From Anthoceros angustus (taxonomy: Eukaryota; Plantae; Anthocerotophyta), in the NCBI GenBank assembly GCA_010909165.1, contig VJWM01000108.1:62001-126000 (forward strand): a stretch of DNA of 64,000 bases, given 5' to 3'. Shown here one piece after another: positions 38,986 through 51,413 of this stretch (positions within the stretch are counted from its first letter, which is position 1; each line of letters begins with the position of its first letter). The notes under the pieces are model-generated. The model saw only the letters and a list, made by a program, of their open reading frames with translations, was not told where the DNA came from and made no database searches. The translations under genes were made by a program, and so were the position numbers.

Positions 38986-39399
38986 TTGTTGTCAAGCGTG
39001 GCATGTGGGCATCCCTAGCATATATAGACACCTCTTATTCCAAAAAATCACCAAAACCCAAGGACTCTATTTCTGACCTACCTATCCAGGGTCAAAACTA
39101 AAGGACCCAAAAAAAATTATTATTATCACTATGGGCCAAGGACCATTTCTGTATAAAGGGCCTTACCCGGACAATTCCCAAAGCACTTCACCACACTAAC
39201 ACACCAAAAACAAAAAAAAAATCGTTCATCCCGACACTTCGGAGGAGGGTTAGTGTACATGTGATCTTCCACACGCTCGCTGCCTGGGGCCCCCTCGCTG
39301 CCCCTGCCGCCTCCATCGCCAGGGGGGAGGCCACAGCCCCTTTCCTTGTAGGGCGGAGGCGCCTATGCCCTCCTCGCCCCGTCGAAGCCATTGAGGGCA

Positions 39400-40400
39400 C
39401 AATTAAGGTTCTCCGGCAGATGATCAAGCGCATGGACGACGAGGAGAAGTAGGCGGCGTCGTCATCCCTTGTGCTGAGAGATGCATCAGCAGCGCTTTTG
39501 GTTTTTTGCATAGGGGGCCGAAGCATGCGCCGTAGGAAGGCCACAGTAGGAGATAGGGTTTGATGCCAGCTGTGCAATTTTGCGATGTGTGCAGTGGACA
39601 TCCTTTTTTTATCAATGGAATGGCACCCCTTCGCTATGAATTTTGGCTCTTTGCACGCAGCGTAAACATTCTTGGCGAGGTTGTTGGGTAGACGGCGGTG
39701 GTGGTGGTGGTCTGCCTAATTGCTGCAGTTGCTCGAAGGTTGCCAGGTTGCCATGCACGATGGCTCTTGATCTTTTAATATGTGGTCTTTATGGTTTAGC
39801 CTTCATAGTGCAGACGGTGAGGAGTTGGTTTTCTGTATGACCCGGTGACATGCAGTGTGTGCAAGGTAATAGGTCAATTTGTGTTTGGAGCACTGTAATC
39901 TGTGAGCTAACAGCCCTGGATGTCCGTCGGTTGTGAGGCATGTATTCATTGGGTGTCGGCATGTTTCTGTGAGCTATCATTTCAGTATGCTAAGGTTGCT
40001 CCTAAACCACTCGCCGAGCCTTTCTCATGCATGGGATTGGCGTGATCCTTTGACATACCATTTCTGGCCCTTCTTCTCTTGATCACAGCATTCACGACGT
40101 CGTCATTGGTGGAGATGGTGGAAGCCCAAGTCGGGCTTTGCCAAAGGATGCAGCTTGGGATCGACTGATGGCCAGGTGCAGTAAATTGAAAGGTCTGTAT
40201 GTATAGCGGACTTGGTAGTATGGAAGGGCTGCAATCATGTTTTTGTTGAAGGTCTTGGGCATGATGTGGGGATTTTCGTTCTATGCACGATGTTTAGTGC
40301 ACCCATCTGTAATGAGAGGTTTGCCGCCTCCTCTGAAGGCCCTGCCTGTGAAGGTTGAAGGCGGCTTTCATGTTACTGTTGGCCATCCCCTCTTCCTATT
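39400..40400 (-). pseudogene. Degenerate Harbinger-type DDE transposase
   Basis: Minus-strand pieces ITDGCT (DGTH-like), FHT..AIHTDLSIYCTWPSVD..ILWQSP (GWPGSxHD-like) and IKPYLLL.PSY (YLLxDxxY-like). Confidence 0.5.
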
Positions 40401-41399
40401 TCGAGCCGGATCGTGCTTCTTCTTGTTTGAAAGAGGATCGTGGTTCTCATTGTTTCCAGCATCGCGGGTTCCTTAAGGAATACACGGTCGCAAAGTCCAT
40501 AGTTACGAAGACGGGGACACGGCCGTGGGCCTGTGCATGGTTCGCAAACCATGGCCGTGCCCGCGGCCGCGGCCGTCATTGCATGCGAAACCCATGCCAG
40601 CGGCTGAGTAGGGTTTGTCAAGCAGATGGAGCGGCCGGCGCAGCGGCCAGGTTAGGGTTTGGCGGCCATTGGATGCTATGGAAGAAAACTTAATGGCACA
40701 AGGTAGTGCGGAAACATTCGAAAACATAGTGTCCCGTCTCTTTGTTTTCAAACGTGAAAGCACTGAAAATTTTTCAAGGACACCCGTTTCGAGGGACATT
40801 GTGTGTGTCCCGTTTGGTGCTTGGCCACTCTTGGTTAGGGCGCCAAAGCGGCCATCTGACCATGTGCTGTGAAAAAAGAAACCGTACTGGAATGTAGGGT
40901 ATATTCCTCAAGATCCCTACGCCTTGCATGGGTTTCGCAAAAAAAAAATTGTCCCATCCCCTCTGTCCCCTTTGGTATTCCATAAGTAGGACCTAGTAAC
41001 GGATTTGGTATTTTGTAATGTGAATGATGTGGGGCATCTGTAAGCATAAAGCCTTTCGTGAATGAGATGTTTTGGTGAAGATAAAGTGAGGAGACAGAGG
41101 AGGCGACATTTGTCCGGCAGGCCCGGTCGGCCCGGGCCAATCTGGTTGCTTGCGTGCCAGACAGCTAACCAGGCTTCCCTTGCCTGCGCTGGTGGGGTGT
41201 GGGGATGGACCTGGAATCCGCACGCATGGCAGCATCATTCCTTGGCCTCTTCCCTTCTCCTTCTCCTTCTCCCTCTCCCTGCTCCTCTACCGCTGCAGGA
41301 CCCTCACAGCACAGCCTCGAGGATCCATGGACTGTGATGGAATCGGGCGGAGCTCACGACGAGGAGTAGGCGAGCAGGGCGAGGCAGTGCTGGAGCGGC

Positions 41400-43808
41400 A
41401 TGGCAGTGTCACTGCTGTCAGCTCTCATGCCCTGTGTCTCCGCTGTGTCTGATCGCAGCACCAGCAGCAGCAGCTCGAGCGTGATGGCATGCCGGGAGGG
41501 AGTCCTGGCATTCCCTCCTCCTCACCTGGTGCTCTTCTTCTCCGGCCCTGCGGTTGCCGGATGCCTCTGCCGCGCCCGCCCTGCCCCTGCAGCCGTTGCT
41601 CAGCGAGACTGCCTTTCTCACCTTGTGCAGATTGCGGCCTGCGGAAGTGGAGCCGGAGCCGGTGCCGGGGCTGCTGCCCTGTCCTCGGCTGTGTCGGTGT
41701 ATCCTCTGCCTGGAACGGCTCGGCCGCGGAGGCGGGCCGGGGTTTCTTGGGAGCAGGTGGAGTGGTGCTCGGTGAGGAATGGGAGCGCGGTGGCCAGGGA
41801 AGCGGAGGTGGTGCCTGCGGAGTTCGAGGGAGAGGAGGATGTGGCGCGGGAGACCAAGTTCCGGCTGCAGAGGCTGGAGGTGCTGGTGCTGCTCAGGAGA
41901 CTGTACAGGGATGTGATCAATTCCGAGAGGGTTCTGAGCAGCCCGATTCCTAGGGTTATCTCGCCGCAGGATTCGGTGGACAAGGATGTGGTGAAGAACA
42001 AGGGGAGGCGTCGAGGGGACTGGGTGCGGTGGGGATGGAGTAGGAAGCGGGCGGGGGAGGATGTAGAGCAGCTGTTTGTGGACAGCGGGGTGGAGGTGCT
42101 GGATTATGTAGAGGACATCAGGGATCTCGGGGTGGCGCTGCAGAGGGATCTGCGGAGCGTGGACGGGCTGCTGGATATGGTGTTCGAGGATGACGCTGCC
42201 GCGGAGGCGGTTGTTGTGGATACGGTGATGAAGATTAGGGAAAGTTTGGATGCGCTGGCGGACAGGGTGGAGGATTCCTTGTCGGAGGAGGACCGGGAGA
42301 TGGCTCTGCAGAAGATAGCTGAGGAGCAGGAGAGGGAGCGGGAGGAGAATGCGAACGTACAGGCCAAGGTGCTGCGGCGGCTGGAGAATCTTCCGGACAC
42401 CAGTGCTGTGGTGGATCGCTTGATTAAGCGCATTGCGAACGTTGCCTTTAACAAACGCGAGGGTGAGACTCCCGGTGTGGACTTGCTTTCCATTCAGAAA
42501 TCAGGTCAGCAGCTGTATCAGTCTTTAGGGGAGACGTGGAGCCGGTTGAATGGACGTCCCAGCCCGACTTCCACTGAGCCTATAACTGCTAAGTTGCCCA
42601 GGCCTCCTCCTTTGAGGCCGCAGCTGGAGGAGAAGAAGCTGGGGCTCATCTTGCAGGTGGAGGCTCTGGATAAGAAGCTTGGAGATGCCAGCAGGGGCAG
42701 GGAGTCTAGGTTGAGGCAGAAGAATGTGCTGCAGCGCACTCGGGTTGCTGTGGAGATTCGGGGCTTGGATGACGAGGTGAATGAGCTGAGGAAGATACTG
42801 GCTGTCAGGACTCTGCAACTGGAGATGCTGCTTATATACATGTATCTTGAGGAAGACGTCATGCAGATTTCGGATGATGTGAGGACTGATGAGGAGGAGA
42901 GCCTGCTGGTGGCAGAGTTTGGTCTCCTGGATGCGGATCTGTCCAAGCTTCGGCTTGCTGTCGACAGCAGCCAGGCAGGCGTGATTCAGGATGAAGAGCT
43001 GGAGGATCTGGTGGCTGACATACTGGACCTTAAGAATAGGCTGGGCATCGTGGAGGAACCCTCCATACCCTTCGCGCAACGTATGCAGCTCTCCATAGCG
43101 GAGGCTCGTTTGAAGTTTAGCGAAGGGGCAACCTTCTACTGGCGAGGACTGCGGCTTCTTGGTGGAGACCTGTCGTATGCTGGCCGCCTCTTCTGGGCAG
43201 CTGTGACAGGAACTACTCTGAAGCCAAGAGAAGTGCAAACTGTTCGACGCACAGCAAGAGATGTTCTCACCATGGTTCCTTTCACTATCATCCTCATTGC
43301 CCCACTCACGCCAGTGGGCCATGTTCTGGTTTTCTCCTTCATCCAGCGCTACTTCCCTGGATTTTTTCCAAGCTCCTTCTCCACGAAACGGCAGGAGGTG
43401 ATGAAGCGGTACGAGCTGATTCGGGAGCAGATGCAGCTTGCTGCCACTGAGCGGGAAAAGGAGGTGGCAGCTGCCATGGCAGCTGTGGCTGCAGCCGAGA
43501 CCTTCGAGGCTTCGGACGATGAGATGGGTGGATTCTTCGGCTCCGGAGGCAGCCGAACGCCTCCTGCATCACGTTTGAGGCGACGACCTAGACCAGGTCA
43601 GTTGTTGATCTTGCAAGACCGGCTTCCAGAGATCTCTAGACGGCTTGCAGGGGCGAAAGAGGAAGAGCTTTTGGCTGGTGGTGTCCGTAGAGCCAAGGGG
43701 CTGGCCGAGAGAGCGGAGGCTGCTGTAAGTAGTAGCACTTCCTTCGGTTCCACAGGCCAGGGCTCAGTGGTGACATTGGGTACTGAGGCCGACGCAGATT
43801 CCCAGTGA
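41400..43808 (+). CDS. Intronless 802-aa LETM1-like protein with a probable plastid transit peptide
   Basis: Ser/Ala-rich N-terminus and long coiled coil. C-terminal [82 protein letters not shown] is typical of plant LETM1-like proteins. Confidence 0.82.
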   Translation: MAVSLLSALMPCVSAVSDRSTSSSSSSVMACREGVLAFPPPHLVLFFSGPAVAGCLCRARPAPAAVAQRDCLSHLVQIAACGSGAGAGAGAAALSSAVSVYPLPGTARPRRRAGVSWEQVEWCSVRNGSAVAREAEVVPAEFEGEEDVARETKFRLQRLEVLVLLRRLYRDVINSERVLSSPIPRVISPQDSVDKDVVKNKGRRRGDWVRWGWSRKRAGEDVEQLFVDSGVEVLDYVEDIRDLGVALQRDLRSVDGLLDMVFEDDAAAEAVVVDTVMKIRESLDALADRVEDSLSEEDREMALQKIAEEQEREREENANVQAKVLRRLENLPDTSAVVDRLIKRIANVAFNKREGETPGVDLLSIQKSGQQLYQSLGETWSRLNGRPSPTSTEPITAKLPRPPPLRPQLEEKKLGLILQVEALDKKLGDASRGRESRLRQKNVLQRTRVAVEIRGLDDEVNELRKILAVRTLQLEMLLIYMYLEEDVMQISDDVRTDEEESLLVAEFGLLDADLSKLRLAVDSSQAGVIQDEELEDLVADILDLKNRLGIVEEPSIPFAQRMQLSIAEARLKFSEGATFYWRGLRLLGGDLSYAGRLFWAAVTGTTLKPREVQTVRRTARDVLTMVPFTIILIAPLTPVGHVLVFSFIQRYFPGFFPSSFSTKRQEVMKRYELIREQMQLAATEREKEVAAAMAAVAAAETFEASDDEMGGFFGSGGSRTPPASRLRRRPRPGQLLILQDRLPEISRRLAGAKEEELLAGGVRRAKGLAERAEAAVSSSTSFGSTGQGSVVTLGTEADADSQ

Positions 43809-45049
43809 CTGTGGGCTTCTGCTTTGGAGCCCCCTGTATATTGACAGCTGGTACGTTTATCAGAAACTCTATTCTACCTTAGGAACAATTCATCACCCAA
43901 TATAAGCAGGGAAGCGAGTAAGCTTTCCTGTTCCAACTGATTCGTGTCTCGGATCATGTCTCAGACGAGCCCTGGCCTGCATATCCTCCCATCGGTGACA
44001 TACCTATGGACGCTTAACACTATGCAGGCTTCATGTCGTGTACCGCATCCACGGAAACGATGTGGAGTGGATCGAGCACATACCAGTACGGATTCTGCTG
44101 ACACCAGCCAGCGATACCATGCCATGTTGTACATTGTGACAGGATGAGTTCTGTGTGCATGCAACTTCCTTTGCTTTCCACGCCGTTGTGGTGGTACGAT
44201 TGGAGTGTTTACACCTGCCAGATGTGTACCCGAGAATTAATCATAGCATCTTTTGCAGAAGTCTATCGCACTTGCTGGGGCTGAGAAGGGGACGTACGCT
44301 TTCCAGTTGCCGACTTACCGTTCCTCTGATGCTCGGGCACTCCCAGCATGCTCTTCAGCAGGATCCCTTCGTCTGCAGAATGTGCGATTTCTCATCTGAA
44401 TGTGAGACTGAAAGTTGTTACATACATCCTGAGGTTAGAATTCACCTGTCGCAGATCATCAAACCTCTCGCCTCTGTTCCTTGGGTAACTACAAGGCTGG
44501 GCGTGTTTGCCTTCCTGCTGAGTCCGACCGGCATCTCCTCATCTCCCCCCCCTTGCTTTCCGCTCACATTTGCCTTTGAGCATCCATTCTTCGAATATCC
44601 GACTGTACAGCTAAGGAGATGCCAGAACACGCATGTACCACATGATAGCAGTGGTACAGGACGCGACATGTGCTTCTCTAACCTCATTCCCAGTCCTGAG
44701 CAGTAGGTATCCAAGAACACCAGAAAAATTGCACCAGTTCACGTGACTCTCGACTGACTCGCCTCTGACTGTCACCGCTCATCAGAAGCCAGGACTGCCC
44801 GTCTCACTTGGCCCGCTCGCTTCCCTAGTAGGTGAGTCTCCCCCGTCGATGTGGGCAGGTGCAGAGTGCAGACCTTCCGTACGGCTTTAAAATGTTGATG
44901 CTCAGCCGGTGTTTTTGACCGTCCATACCCGTATATATGTACAACCACCACGTAGTGTTCCAAATATCTGGGTTAATAATAGTATAGGCCAGATTATAAA
45001 AAGAGCTTACAACAAGAGCTTCAATTATCACAATAAGAGCTCAGAACAT

Positions 45050-45365
45050 GAGCTTTGTAACACAAGAAGGAGAAAGAAGAATAATAGAGACTTTATTAAA
45101 AAGATGAGAAAACCCATCTACCCCGAACAAAGGGGGGACAACCCATTGAAGGGCCAAGAGCCAAAAGAATGCCAACCCCGAAGCTACCTACTGCCCGATT
45201 ATATCGTGGTCCGAGATGAGGAAAGCCCTACCTACAACTGGTGCCAATGATGCCACGTCTCCTGCGCTCGTTGCCATCCTGTAAATAGCATTGGCCAGTG
45301 CCCTCCGCAGGGCGATGGATACGCTTTGTCAAAAGAAAGCCACCACCGAGGAAAGAGGGAGACCC
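45050..45365 (-). mobile_element. CRE-like retrotransposon 3' fragment
   Basis: Minus-strand FF.QSVSIALRRALANAIYRMA, followed by GGTTGTCCCC...TAGATGGG and AATAAA. Confidence 0.65.
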
Positions 45366-45688
45366 ACCCCGTTCCGACCCAACACAAGTAGTAACAACAT
45401 TTAAGACATATTAAACCTGAATATTTTAATAATAAATTTAAATTTTAAGTAGTTCACCTACAAAAACTACCTAGTCCATGAACAGCTATAATATTTTCTC
45501 TAAGGAATAACACACCGACACTAGAAAAGGAACTATTTATACTCAGAAAGTAATTCCTACATGCGATGACTATTTCATGCAAATCCAATAGTTGCGAAAA
45601 TTGCAATACTACAAAAGAAACCAGTTGTACTCGTATTGTAATCTTTTATGCTATGACTCTCATGGATTTGGCATCACATCGCATGGCT

Positions 45689-46243
45689 TTAATGAATTTC
45701 TATGCGGCGAACTGGGTGGAGGTCAATGATGTTTTGGAAATCAATTCGTTGAAATCGTTTAGACTTAGACCACCATTGGCGAATGGAATTTTTGGCATCA
45801 CATTCCATGGCTTTATCAAAGTTCGAAATGGGAAACCTAGTGGAGGTGAATAATGTTTTGAATATCAATTCGTCACCGTCGACCTCAATAGTAGTGATGG
45901 ACCACCACTGAAAATAAGCTTTTACTGAGATGCCTTGCAAGTCTTTGAGCTTTCGATACTGTAGCACTCCAGTGATGGTCTTCGCATAGGTCACAGGATA
46001 AAGTGAATCTGGAGTGGTGAAACTGCATTTACTTTGGAGGTGCAATACAAATGCACCATTGCTTTGCACAATATAGTCCTGCACTGTGAGCGGAAGAAGC
46101 CCTCGTGGAAACCCATTACGTGCCAACTCATCATGTGCTGTAGGCGCATTTGGCTCTGCACACAAGAAGCGTGTTGACAAGTTTAGCATAACAAAGCATA
46201 ATGCCACAATCGTCGTCACTCGCCAATTCCCTATCATTTTCAT
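45689..46243 (-). CDS. DUF538 family protein with a signal peptide (single exon, 184 aa from the ATG at 46243)
   Basis: Hydrophobic N-terminus, then TAHDELARNGFPRGLLPLTVQDY...GAFVLHLQSKCSF...VTYAKTITGVLQYRKLKDLQGISVKAYFQWWSITTIEVDGDELIF. Confidence 0.88.
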   Translation of the reverse strand: MKMIGNWRVTTIVALCFVMLNLSTRFLCAEPNAPTAHDELARNGFPRGLLPLTVQDYIVQSNGAFVLHLQSKCSFTTPDSLYPVTYAKTITGVLQYRKLKDLQGISVKAYFQWWSITTIEVDGDELIFKTLFTSTRFPISNFDKAMECDAKNSIRQWWSKSKRFQRIDFQNIIDLHPVRRIEIH

Positions 46244-47559
46244 GCACCCTATTGCTTTCTCCCTTGCTTGCACAATTAAATATTCCTCTGAAAAATAGAT
46301 CTTGTAATACACGTCAATTTTTGCAAAATGTGCAGCAACGTGTGAAGACTTGGTGCCTTCAAAAATGACTAATGGATCTTTATATAGAGAATGAAGTGCT
46401 CATAATTTAGATTCTACTATGATAAGAATACTACTTTTCTGAAAAAGATATTACTTTTTGTAACATGTTTTTCCATAACATAGAAATAAAATATTTTATG
46501 TATTGCTAATCAAAACATAAATTTCTTTCCTCATATCCTAGCTCGGAGTCACAGCTTAGCTTTTGGCTCAACCATGTGAACAAGGGTTTTGCATCATACC
46601 AACAACTTTCATGAGATCGATGCGAGGCCCCGAGACCTCCGCGTGCGTTGATACAGTCGAGAGGGAGCGTTGATACAATCGTGAGGGAGCGTTGATACCA
46701 TACATACATGTATACGCTTTATACCTCGATCAAGACTGTTTCGATGGCGAATGTGGTGGTTGCCAACCCTACAAGGAACTCCACCTCTCAATAGGTTATC
46801 CTCAACCATCCAGGTTGGGCAGCAACCGGGGCAGAAAAAGTACCTTGAAATCCAACCTCTACCTCAAAGATTCCAATAGATGCCTTTAACTCATGCCAGT
46901 TTATGCGCTACTACATTTAACCGAGCGCTCCCCTGCCTCACTCCAACTCGGCCATTGTAGCACCTAGTCCACGATTTTGTGTGTGTTCACATGGGTGCAT
47001 ATGTGGAATGCATTTTTCATGTAACCATGGTTGGGCCCTTGCAAGGTTCTTACCTTTGTGAAAATTCTTTGGCAATCAAACGTTACTTTTTTACTCCATT
47101 TTTTTACACAGGCATAGAGGACAGTACCAGGTGTCCATGGAAATGTGCCTCAAGGAAGCGTGGATTGTACCATCCTAGACGGTCAAAGATTCCACCCGAA
47201 AAACTAAGAAAACGAGGCTAAGGGAAGATTACATGGATTTTGGTGCAAGAATATACACACATCAAATTTGTGAATGGTGTAGATCATTTTGAAGGGAATG
47301 TCAGGTTCATAATTGAGGTGTTGGTAGAAAAATGAAAAAAAAAATAACATGCCCTCCGAAAAATATAAATAATTGAGTCAAAAAATCGCAGAAAAGCCTA
47401 CCCTTTTTTCTAGAAAAGGTAAAAAAAGGCGTCCTAACTTCAAATTGTAAGACGCGGACACAATTTAAATTTGAAATTTGAAATTCAAAACTTTAATCAT
47501 AGACAAGCCATGGCATAAACACTACTTAATGTGCATAAGTACCACTCAAGCATTCGTCA

Positions 47560-49480
47560 CAAAAAATGGTCAACCAGAGGTACGAGTACCCTAAAGGAAG
47601 CTCTGAATTACAACATTTCTTGTTTATAGAGGTCTCACTTAGGCAAGATATGCTCCTGGGAGTTGTATTTCCTTACTCATTCAATGGTTTTGTTTACATC
47701 TTCAATGAATTGATTGATGATATCCTGTTATGCGTTGAAAACCACTTTGAATGTCGTTTTAATGAAATTGTCTTGATATCTAATTTATGATGTATTTACG
47801 GGCCATCTCGTAGATCGCAATTCATCGGCAAGACAAAAGAAATCCCTCACTGTTTAACCTAAATACTCGCATGAGCCCCAAGTACGGGCCATCCTTGAAA
47901 GGGAAAGGAGGGGAAAAGACCCTTCTTTCCCCTCTCACTACCACATGCCTGCCACATACATCACTCAACCATAGACTCACGATGTGCAGAGGGTAGAGTT
48001 TCTTCATATCAAAGGATGTAGGTGTCATCCGACCTACCCTTCCTTGGCCATATCTGATGTGCCGATAAAATAACCTGTCCTTCCCTGACTGTATTTTGCA
48101 AGGCAAAGGGTGCTATTGGTAACAATGATCAAACATTCAACTTTCAATACCTCAGGCCTTCATACCTACAAAGATTGAAGAGGATCAATTGATTGTTTCT
48201 TCTTTAATACTTGATAACCGTTTGATCGATAAGGTTTCATTTACACCATGAATCATGTAGCGGAGTGTGTAGATAATAATATAGATTGCAGCCAGTTAGC
48301 CGCAGTAGTAGCCATGCCTTGCTTGCCCAACCGACAGTAGCAGTCCCTGCTTGAACAACCCACAGTAGCATCACCTGCTTGAACAACCCACAATAGCAAC
48401 ACCTGCTTGAACAACCCACAGTAGTAGCATCTGCTTGAATGAGCCAGAACACTAAGGTGCTTGAACAACCCACAGCAGCAGCACCTACTTGCATAACCTA
48501 CCTCATACGAAGGAAACCAGGGCTTTGAACAACCTTGGCGTCCTCCTCCTCCGCTGCCCTGGCCACCTCCTCACACCGCTCTATTCACCATTTCCTGCTG
48601 CTCCGCCCAGCGCCTCCCACCGCTCCAGGTCACCTCAAATCAAGCCTGATTTAGTAGCGAGGGCGTATCGGGTACAAGTTTCTTCAATGGGGCTGAAACT
48701 TAGTAGGCATATTTGATATGAGTATATGATTCTCTTCAAAAAATATCATCTTCATTGAACTCGTAGTTTATGAGATATAATAGATCTGTGCGAGATTTGC
48801 ATCGTGCATCTTATTATTTATCTTTTGATCAATCAAAGTGGCAAAAACTGACACTCTTAAGATGTTACTTGCATTGCTATTGTAAGTGGTACACCCAACC
48901 ATGCATGCACCCATCTATTCCCTTGGGAATAAAGTTGCATATATAGAAGACGGTGTGCAAGGGTGACATCATTACTTTATTGTCTTGAATGAATTGATTA
49001 GTGATCTCCCCCATTACTGATTGAAGGCTACTTTGAATGCCTTTGGCTTTCTCCTCTACAAAAATTGAGGAGGATTGCTCTTCTTGTAAAGCTTGATGTA
49101 TGTTCAATAAAAAGGGGCATGTTTGACTTACTTTGCTTCTCATGCTGCCCTTTGACTAATACTCTCTATGCTTCTCATGATGCTTCTTGACTATGTCCTT
49201 TTACTTTAGATGTGGATAGACTCTTCTAATGATGTGGTGTGCAGGCCATAAATAGATTGATAGTGAGGTGGGGCAAATGGAAGCTAGAATCCATATTGTT
49301 GTTGGAGGCTGCAAGGTACATAGTTTTAGTTTCCATGGATGTCCTTTTAGTTGGTTTAAACTGCAGGTATTGTTTACTGAACTATCTAAACTGGATTATG
49401 GATTTTCTGCTGAACATTTTGAATTGGATGAATTTTCTATTGTGAGAAAAGAGCAAGTTGGAGCTTATTGCAAGTGAGAT
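47560..49480 (-). pseudogene. Degenerate hAT-like transposase remnants
   Basis: Minus-strand SPLHTVFYICN (48877-49143) resembles the hAT PLHAAAYxLNP motif, and there are further broken pieces. The order of fragments is not fully resolved. Confidence 0.4.
48337..48490. repeat. 30-bp tandem repeat (CACAGTAGCATCACCTGCTTGAACAACC-like), about 5 copies
   Basis: Read directly. Confidence 0.85.
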
Positions 49481-50117
49481 GCATCCATTCTCATATGGCT
49501 ATATGGGATATTTGATGAATGAAGAAGAAGGCAAAATGAGCCTGTCGTGACACGAACAGGATGGAAGCATGTGACTTAGGATAATGTGATATGCATGTTA
49601 ATAGGCATAACCGTCTGGCAATCGTATGGTAGCTACATAGTACGAGTATTGTAAGGAAAGGCCCGTGTAAGCCGTATGTGTATAAACGGCGTGTGGCAAA
49701 AAGTCAACAGAGAACAAGAGCATTTAGGCGAAGACGGCACCTCAGTCACGGCGTGCATCTCCTCAGGATAGCAAAGACATTTATGGTATGGAGGCGAATG
49801 GCTCATAAAAAGGAAGGCGCAATCCGAAGGAGATGGATTGCTGATGTTTACCATAGGAAGCACAGAGAGAGGTGGATGTGCGTAGACATACAGATCCCGT
49901 AAGTAGCAGAGCCCAGTCGGTGTGTGTGTGCAAGTGAATGAAATCAAACCATGCATGAGCATATGATGCTAAGACATAGTTATTTCTGGTCAGGCATGAG
50001 TTCAGACGTTGAGAGAGTAGTGGCCAAGTGTGCCGCTTGTGATGCGGTTAAAGCAAGATTCAATAGTCAGGATGTGGTGCTGCATATCTTCAGCACAGAC
50101 CTTCAGGTACACTCGAT

Positions 50118-50519
50118 GTGAGCACAGGAAGATTGATTTTGAGAGTGGTAGCTATAGGAGAACAAGGAGTGGTTGAGCTAGAAGGACAAGATGGGCCTCG
50201 TTGCAAGGAACACATGCGTCACCTTGTACCGTTTCATTTACCCAATTTGGATACCAGAATACAGCCACAGGCTTGGAAGCCGCCGATTGATTTACCATGT
50301 GAACTTTGTGGTCATGTAACGGAGCTTGAATTGATGCTTTTGTGTGACCAATGCAACAAAGGGTATCACAGTTTTTGCCTAAGGCCACCTTTGAAAATGA
50401 TCCCAGAAGGGGACTGGTTCTGTCAAAGATGTTCGACACGAGCGACTGATCAAAAGGAAAATGAGGCACCAGGTGGAGATCATGCAGGTTCAGTGGGGTT
50501 AAACCCCAACTTACCATAA
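50118..50519 (+). CDS. Integrase C-terminal fragment fused to a PHD finger
   Basis: CELCG...MLLCDQCNKGYHSFCLRPPLKMIPEGDWFCQRC is a complete C4HC3 PHD. The integrase DDE core appears deleted. Confidence 0.8.
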   Translation: MSTGRLILRVVAIGEQGVVELEGQDGPRCKEHMRHLVPFHLPNLDTRIQPQAWKPPIDLPCELCGHVTELELMLLCDQCNKGYHSFCLRPPLKMIPEGDWFCQRCSTRATDQKENEAPGGDHAGSVGLNPNLP

Positions 50520-51413
50520 GCAAACTAATCCGAATAAAGCACGCCCGCTTGTGGTCAGTGAGTAGCAAACAGCAAGGTGCAAACGCAAACGGAGCACAAT
50601 GCTGAGCACACAAGCAGGAGATGGTGACGAGACCAGGTAGCATAGAAGTAGTGGTTTACCATGTGCTTTTAGGATCACATGTAGAAGAGCAAGCACAATG
50701 ATTCAAGAGAAATTTGGTAGCAGTGTAGATTGGGTCTCAACTGAAGCTGGAGCTGCGCGCGCGATAGGAGGGCAAGTCACGGGCGATTGCATCCTCATGA
50801 CTATGCGTCTGGTTTGGTGCTTGATGCTGAGATTTGACACATGTAGTTAGTGATTTGATTGTGAAGACACAACGACTAGTGGTTTTCGCAGTCCGCGGCC
50901 GATGGCTGCATGAGGAATGTAAGGGCGTATTCTGAGAGGTAACAGGTTCTTTTGTTCCTATGATCCGCAGCAAAGTGGACAGAGCCTAATGCAATTGCTG
51001 TGAGGTGAAGTGCACGAATTTGAGCAAATTACATAGGTTTTCACAAAGACGCGCTCAGGGAGAAGAGAAGCAAGCGGCTGGTGAAAAACCAAGGGGTAGG
51101 TAATCAAGCTTGCAAGTCACTTTACAGTTTTGAATCAATGATGAGTCTGTACAGTTCATCGCACCAATCGCCAAATCGTTAGTGATGGTTGTGTATTCCT
51201 GTGACAGCACTGTCAACAACCTCAGTTCTTCAAAGTTGATGCTAGAATTCTTCCTTGTTCACAGTAACATAACACTGTAGCTCATGTTTTGAGCACAAAT
51301 GTGGTGATACGTGTGTGTGACGATTGCGGTCTGTTTGTGAGGAGTGACAAATTGGTGACAACTTGTGTGGTGTCAACAACAACCAGCAGGACCTTGTTCG
51401 CAGGTTATTACGA

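Larger units (their letters stand above)
30350..40982 (-). mobile_element. ~10.6 kb TIR element, probably PIF/Harbinger, with nested insertions
   Basis: Left end TGGCATACCAAAGAGGACAGAAGGGACGGACATTTTTT; reverse complement of the right end TGGAATACCAAAGGGGACAGAGGGGATGGGACAATTTTTT. Flanks are CTA / TAA (or a TA duplication). A degraded Harbinger-type DDE lies inside. Confidence 0.6.

Noticed and set aside
44155-44706. 183-aa ORF after the LETM1-like gene
   Set aside because: No homology recognised, and overlapping antisense ORFs are equally uninformative.
48337-48490. 30-bp repeat array as a possible CRISPR
   Set aside because: It is a simple tandem repeat without unique spacers.
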